A DNA stretch of 62,716 bases, filler included. It is 8 parts of 8 records of this genome, joined end to end, with 100 filler letters (N's around TTAATTAATTAA, not from the genome) between each part and the next. Parts side by side here need not be neighbours in the genome. Positions count along the whole stretch, not along the records: positions 58,376 to 62,716 come from SRR20825010_2996; 7 more parts are not named here. One strand, written 5' to 3'. This document shows, in pieces, positions 58,276 through 62,716 of this stretch (within the stretch, counting starts at the first letter, position 1; each line of letters opens with the position of its first letter). A program made the position numbers and the translations under genes. The notes beneath the pieces were generated by a model. That model worked only from the letters and a program-made list of their open reading frames with translations. It was not told the origin of the DNA and made no database searches.

Positions 58276-58375
58276 NNNNNNNNNNNNNNNNNNNNNNNNN
58301 NNNNNNNNNNNNNNNNNNNTTAATTAATTAANNNNNNNNNNNNNNNNNNNNNNNNNNNNNNNNNNNNNNNNNNNN
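58276..58375. other. Artificial contig linker 7
   Basis: N-run + TTAATTAATTAA + N-run. Confidence 0.99.
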
Positions 58376-59374
58376 ATAACGCAACTGGCAATGCGCAATG
58401 GCTTCAGGCGCGATGGCGTTGACCGGTTTTTCAGGGTTTCCGGCCTTTGCCGCAAGTACCGCAAAGCTGTTCCAGCCATAAACCTTTTCCGCCAGTGACA
58501 GGCTTTCCTCGCCCCAGTCAGGGTTGATTGTCGGCCCGGTTTCGGGTTGGGTGATTGCGCAATCCTTTAGGGCTTCCCGGACTTCGTCATTCAGGCTGTC
58601 AGGACGCCATTCCGGCACCTGAATCTGTCCTCGACGATCAACGATGGATGCAATCGCATGCGAAAGAACAATCATCGGGTCTTTCAGCAAACCGCCCCAG
58701 TTCCCGGAATGGTGGCCGCCTTCACGATATTTAAGCGACAGCGCAAAATTGATCGCCCCGCGTGACCCCATGAACATGGTCGGGCGTTCGGCACTCAGGC
58801 GCGGACCGTCCGATGCAATCAGGACATCGGCGGCAAACAGATCGCGATAATTGGTAAACAGTTCGGCAAGGCCGGGCGACCCCGCCTCTTCGCCCATCTC
58901 AATGATGACCTTGCAGTTAAAGCCCAATGCACCACGTGTCTGAATGACCGACCGCAGGGCCGCCAGATTGATGCAATGCTGCACTTTGTTATCGGCCGTA
59001 CCGCGCCCGTAAACCCGATCACCTTCGATCACCAGCTTGAAAGGCTCAAGGCCTTCGCGCCATTCGCCTTCCTGTGCAAGGATCACATCGCCATGCCCGT
59101 ATGTCAGGACAGTCTGCAGGTCATCGCCTTCGTGTCGTTCGGCATACAGGAACGGTCCGAAACCGGGCTTGGGATTATCGATGATGCGGGTTTCAAACCC
59201 CATATCGCGCACCATCGGAACAATCACATCGGTAAGATAGCCATAAAGCGCTTCGAGATTATCGGGCTTCTGGCTTTCGGTTTTCTGTTCGACCATTCGG
59301 CGCAGTTCTTCGATAAACTGCCCATCTTCAAAATACCGGGTTACATTTTCGATAGCATCAGCACGCGTTGACAT
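58376..59374 (-). CDS. M20 family metallopeptidase (3' truncated)
   Basis: [31 protein letters not shown]. Confidence 0.92.
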
Positions 59375-59440
59375 TGATTGATCCTTGTTCTTTCCGATAA
59401 GCCATCCAATTCCCAAAGGAACGACGGAGCATTTTGTGTT

Positions 59441-61027
59441 TCACGAACCATCCCGGTTTTCCGACACCGCATCGCCCCAGGGCGACATGATTTCGGTCAT
59501 GCCCTGATTGATGTTTCCCTGCCGAAGAACCCCCGCCGGGCAGGCAAAGGCATAGGGGAAAGCGGTCCGGCGCGTAGTCACGCAACGATGCCCTTCCCCC
59601 AGAGCCGCAATGATATCGGGCGAAAGGCTTTGATCGATGATCACCGTATCGCCACCGCTGAAATCAACCCGCGCCTGATGGAAGGCGTCTTCGAGGGTCA
59701 TATCGAAATCCATCAGGCAGGATGTCAGTTGCAGGATGGCTGGCAAAATCTTGCGACCGCCGGATGCCCCGATGGCAAACCGCCGGTCCTTGTGCCGCCC
59801 GATGGCCGGGCAGACATTCATCAAACATCGTTTGTCGGGTGCTAACGAGTTTGGCCGTCCCGGTTCGGGATCGAACCACAGGATTCCGTTATTCATCAAA
59901 AGCCCGCTTCCGGGCAGCATGACCTTGGATCCGAAAATGGACAGCAATGTCTGGGTCACCGCGACCATGTTGCCATGTCGATCCGTCACACTGAAATGCG
60001 TGGTGCAGGCGGGGGCGCGACTGTCATCAACGTCCCCCATATCGCGCAACCGGCGTTTATAGGTCGCCTTAAGCGCATCGACATACGCCCCATAGGCATC
60101 CGCCCCCGGTGACGTCCCCTCAAAATTCTGATGCGACAGGATTTCCAGACATTCGGCAAGGTTTTCACCCGCCGTCATCGCAGGCGGCGTATAGACCGTC
60201 CCCCCGCGATAGGATGCTGTCAGCGGATCAGACAAAACAGCCTGATAGGACTTCATGTCATCAAGCGACAAACATCCCCCGGCAGCCCTGACATCGGCAA
60301 CGAGCCCCGCCGCAAGGTCGCCTTCGTAAAATTCACGCGCGCCTTTATCGGCGATGCGTTGCAGGGTGGCCGCCATCCGGTCAAGATTGATCCGCTTGTC
60401 CGAAAGGGCCGTCCATCCGGCAATAGTCGGCCACTGCCCGTCTTCCAGAAAGGTCTCTGCTGCGGTGGGGTTTTTGGCAAGTTCGCGGGTACTAGACGCG
60501 ATGATAAGGGCGGCATACCAATCAACCGATAGCCCACCCGACGCAAGCTTGGCCGCAGGCGAAACAAGATCACGCCATGGCATCGTGCCAAACCGGTCAA
60601 AGGCAAGCTCCATACCGGCAACCGTGCCGGGTACCGCAATCGCGGTTGCGCCAATCTGGTTACGATCCCCGACGACCCGCGCCCACGGGAACAGGTCACC
60701 CGCAACGCCTTCGCCCGATAACGGATAATCCGCAACATCAAGCCCGGCGGGGGACCGCATCCCGAAGGTAATGCTATAGGTCCGGTCTTCATCGGCACGA
60801 TAGATCATCATCGCACCGCCACCGGCCGGGCCACTCATCCAGGGTTCGACCACCCCCATGGCAAAGGATGTGGCAATCGCGGCATCAATGGCATCGCCAC
60901 CGGCGGCAAGAATGTCAGCCCCGACCTGGGCGCCTAGCTTATGCTGGGCTGCGACCACCCCACCATTTTCGACGGTGACGACGTTTTTACGGACCGACTG
61001 CATGTTGGAAAAATTGTCGCGGATCAT
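59441..61027 (-). CDS. ggt: Gamma-glutamyltransferase family protein
   Basis: GGDAIDAAIA, VEPWMSG, VPGTVAG, nucleophile TTHFSV, GASGG. Confidence 0.92.
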   Translation of the reverse strand: MIRDNFSNMQSVRKNVVTVENGGVVAAQHKLGAQVGADILAAGGDAIDAAIATSFAMGVVEPWMSGPAGGGAMMIYRADEDRTYSITFGMRSPAGLDVADYPLSGEGVAGDLFPWARVVGDRNQIGATAIAVPGTVAGMELAFDRFGTMPWRDLVSPAAKLASGGLSVDWYAALIIASSTRELAKNPTAAETFLEDGQWPTIAGWTALSDKRINLDRMAATLQRIADKGAREFYEGDLAAGLVADVRAAGGCLSLDDMKSYQAVLSDPLTASYRGGTVYTPPAMTAGENLAECLEILSHQNFEGTSPGADAYGAYVDALKATYKRRLRDMGDVDDSRAPACTTHFSVTDRHGNMVAVTQTLLSIFGSKVMLPGSGLLMNNGILWFDPEPGRPNSLAPDKRCLMNVCPAIGRHKDRRFAIGASGGRKILPAILQLTSCLMDFDMTLEDAFHQARVDFSGGDTVIIDQSLSPDIIAALGEGHRCVTTRRTAFPYAFACPAGVLRQGNINQGMTEIMSPWGDAVSENRDGS

Positions 61028-61989
61028 TGAACCGCCCCTTCGACCAGATGACATTCAACCCGCTTGCCCTGATGCAGGGTCGCCACCGGTGCCTTGGTCG
61101 AACAGATATCAATCGCGCGCGGGCAGCGCGGATGGAAATGACATCCACTGGGCGGGTTGATCGGATTGGGGAATACGGCACCCAATTGCGTGTCGGGCAC
61201 GCCAAGGGACGGGTCCGGCGTCAGAACGGATTCCAGCAACGCATTGGTATAAGGATGATCCGGACCGGCAAACAGCGAAGATGCTTCTGCTTCTTCGACA
61301 ATGCGCCCCAGATACATAACCGCCACCCTTGTTGCGAGATGTTCGACCACCGCAAGATTGTGGCTGATGAACAGATAGGTCAGCCCGAATTCATTGCGCA
61401 AATCCGACAGCAGATTAAGAATTTGCGACTGTACCGACACATCAAGCGCCGATGTCGGTTCATCGCAGATCACGATTTCCGGACGCATGATCAGGGCGCG
61501 CGCAATGGCGACACGCTGACGTTGCCCGCCCGAAAGCTGGCTGGGATAACTGCGCAAAACCCGTTTGGGCAAACCGACAACATCAAGAATATCGGCGGTC
61601 TGTTTATCCCAGTCACGCGGATCGCCGACCTTGTGCACCCTTAGCGGCAGCGAGATGATATCGCCAATCGTCTTGCGCGGGTTCAGCGATGAATAGGGAT
61701 CCTGGAAAATCGGCTGGATACGCCGCGCCAGATAGGATCTGTCATGGCTGGTAATGTCTTCGCCATCGACCAGAACCCGGCCCTGTGTCGGCGTTTCCAG
61801 TCCCAGCAAAATACGCGCAAGGGTACTTTTGCCACAGCCGGATTCCCCGACAAGGCCAAGGACCTCTCCCTTTTGCAGTTTCAGGGTCAATTCATCGACC
61901 GCACGAAGATCCTTGCGTTTGCCAAAGATGCCCTGCTTGATCGAAAAAATCTTCGAGACATTCTCAAGTTCAAGAACCGGAACGGACAT
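61024..61989 (-). CDS. Dipeptide/oligopeptide ABC transporter ATPase (DppF/OppF-like)
   Basis: GESGCGKS, LSGGQRQR, DEPTSALD, C-terminal HPYT..GC.FHPRC. Confidence 0.95.
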   Translation of the reverse strand: MSVPVLELENVSKIFSIKQGIFGKRKDLRAVDELTLKLQKGEVLGLVGESGCGKSTLARILLGLETPTQGRVLVDGEDITSHDRSYLARRIQPIFQDPYSSLNPRKTIGDIISLPLRVHKVGDPRDWDKQTADILDVVGLPKRVLRSYPSQLSGGQRQRVAIARALIMRPEIVICDEPTSALDVSVQSQILNLLSDLRNEFGLTYLFISHNLAVVEHLATRVAVMYLGRIVEEAEASSLFAGPDHPYTNALLESVLTPDPSLGVPDTQLGAVFPNPINPPSGCHFHPRCPRAIDICSTKAPVATLHQGKRVECHLVEGAVQ

Positions 61990-62716
61990 TATGCTTCCCC
62001 CGATTTTGGCTGGTTCATCGACAGGGATGCAGACCCGTCATAATCGTGAACACAACGATAAAGATGCCCGGCGGGTGAAATCCGGGCCGGTATATCGGAC
62101 GCACATTGCGCGGTTGCCTCGTCACAGCGGCTTCGGAAAGCACAGCCAACCACATCACCGATAAGAGACGGCACAATACCGGGGATCGAGCCCAGATGTT
62201 CGCCAACCGCGGTTTTGCCCGGCACCGGAATGCAATTAAGCAACCCGCGTGTATAAGGGTGCTTTGGCGCGGTAAAGACTTCGGTGGCACTACCGGCTTC
62301 GACCATTTCACCGGCATACATGATGGCGACCTTGTCCGCGACGCGGGCCACCACGCCCAGATCGTGGGTAATCAGGATCATCGCCATGTTCAATTCACGC
62401 TGAAGATCCTTAAGCAGGCGCAATATCTGCGCCTGAATGGTGACATCAAGCGCGGTTGTCGGTTCATCCGCAATGATCAGATCTGGTTCGCCCATCAGGG
62501 CCATGGCAATCATCACGCGTTGGCGCAGACCGCCTGAAAGCTGGTGGGGATATTGTTTCATACGGTTGGCCGCCGCCGTGATCCCGACCTTTTCCAGAAG
62601 TTCGATGGCACGGTCACGCGCTACCGGCTTGGGGACCTTGCGATGAAGTAAAAGGGCTTCCATCAGTTGATCGCCAATCGTGTATGCCGGATTAAGCGAG
62701 GTCATCGGTTCCTGAA
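61989..62716 (-). CDS. Dipeptide/oligopeptide ABC transporter ATPase (DppD/OppD-like, 5' truncated)
   Basis: YPHQLSGG, DEPTTALD, ITHDLGVV, HPYT; TAATG coupling to the next gene. Confidence 0.95.
   Translation of the reverse strand, partial: QEPMTSLNPAYTIGDQLMEALLLHRKVPKPVARDRAIELLEKVGITAAANRMKQYPHQLSGGLRQRVMIAMALMGEPDLIIADEPTTALDVTIQAQILRLLKDLQRELNMAMILITHDLGVVARVADKVAIMYAGEMVEAGSATEVFTAPKHPYTRGLLNCIPVPGKTAVGEHLGSIPGIVPSLIGDVVGCAFRSRCDEATAQCASDIPARISPAGHLYRCVHDYDGSASLSMNQPKSGEA

Overview
This window is not one locus. It is eight unrelated contigs joined by seven artificial 100-bp linkers (N-run + TTAATTAATTAA + N-run), probably from a marine metagenome. Taxon names below are guesses from gene content and style. 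(1) 1-10783, gammaproteobacterial, Alcanivorax-like: hrpA, a long FabH-type KAS III, a complete EGKCG-repeat MNIO (DUF692) RiPP operon, mlaA, terB-like, tal, and two inverted heptamer-repeat elements. (2) 10884-31528, Rhodospirillales-like: partial tRNA-Tyr, rlmB, assorted enzymes, a cobalamin riboswitch with a solitary cbiM, an FAD oxidase-phnX phosphonate pair, and a pentapeptide-repeat / atypical class III cyclase / pentapeptide-repeat / PilZ cluster, then a partial imelysin. (3) 31629-36991, alphaproteobacterial: Fe-ADH, panC, methyltransferase, lipoprotein, DUF1489, biotin carboxylase. (4) 37092-41579, Thalassospira-like: GNAT-C39 fusion and a persulfide-detoxification operon. (5) 41680-45482: rpoH, a membrane protein plus pseudokinase pair, purA. 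(6) 45583-50581: Sel1 protein, sulfotransferase, DUF1194, catalase with an Irr box, FAD monooxygenase. (7) 50682-58275, betaproteobacterial, Limnobacter-like: waaC, waaA, tolC, pcm, TetR, ilvE, waaF, purU. (8) 58376-62716: peptide ABC ATPases, GGT, M20 peptidase. I saw no CRISPR array, transposase or phage gene. The best candidate for an undescribed system is the non-canonical nucleotide cyclase between two tandem-domain pentapeptide-repeat proteins and a PilZ gene (26900-31040). Next is the membrane-anchored pseudokinase pair (42309-44867).
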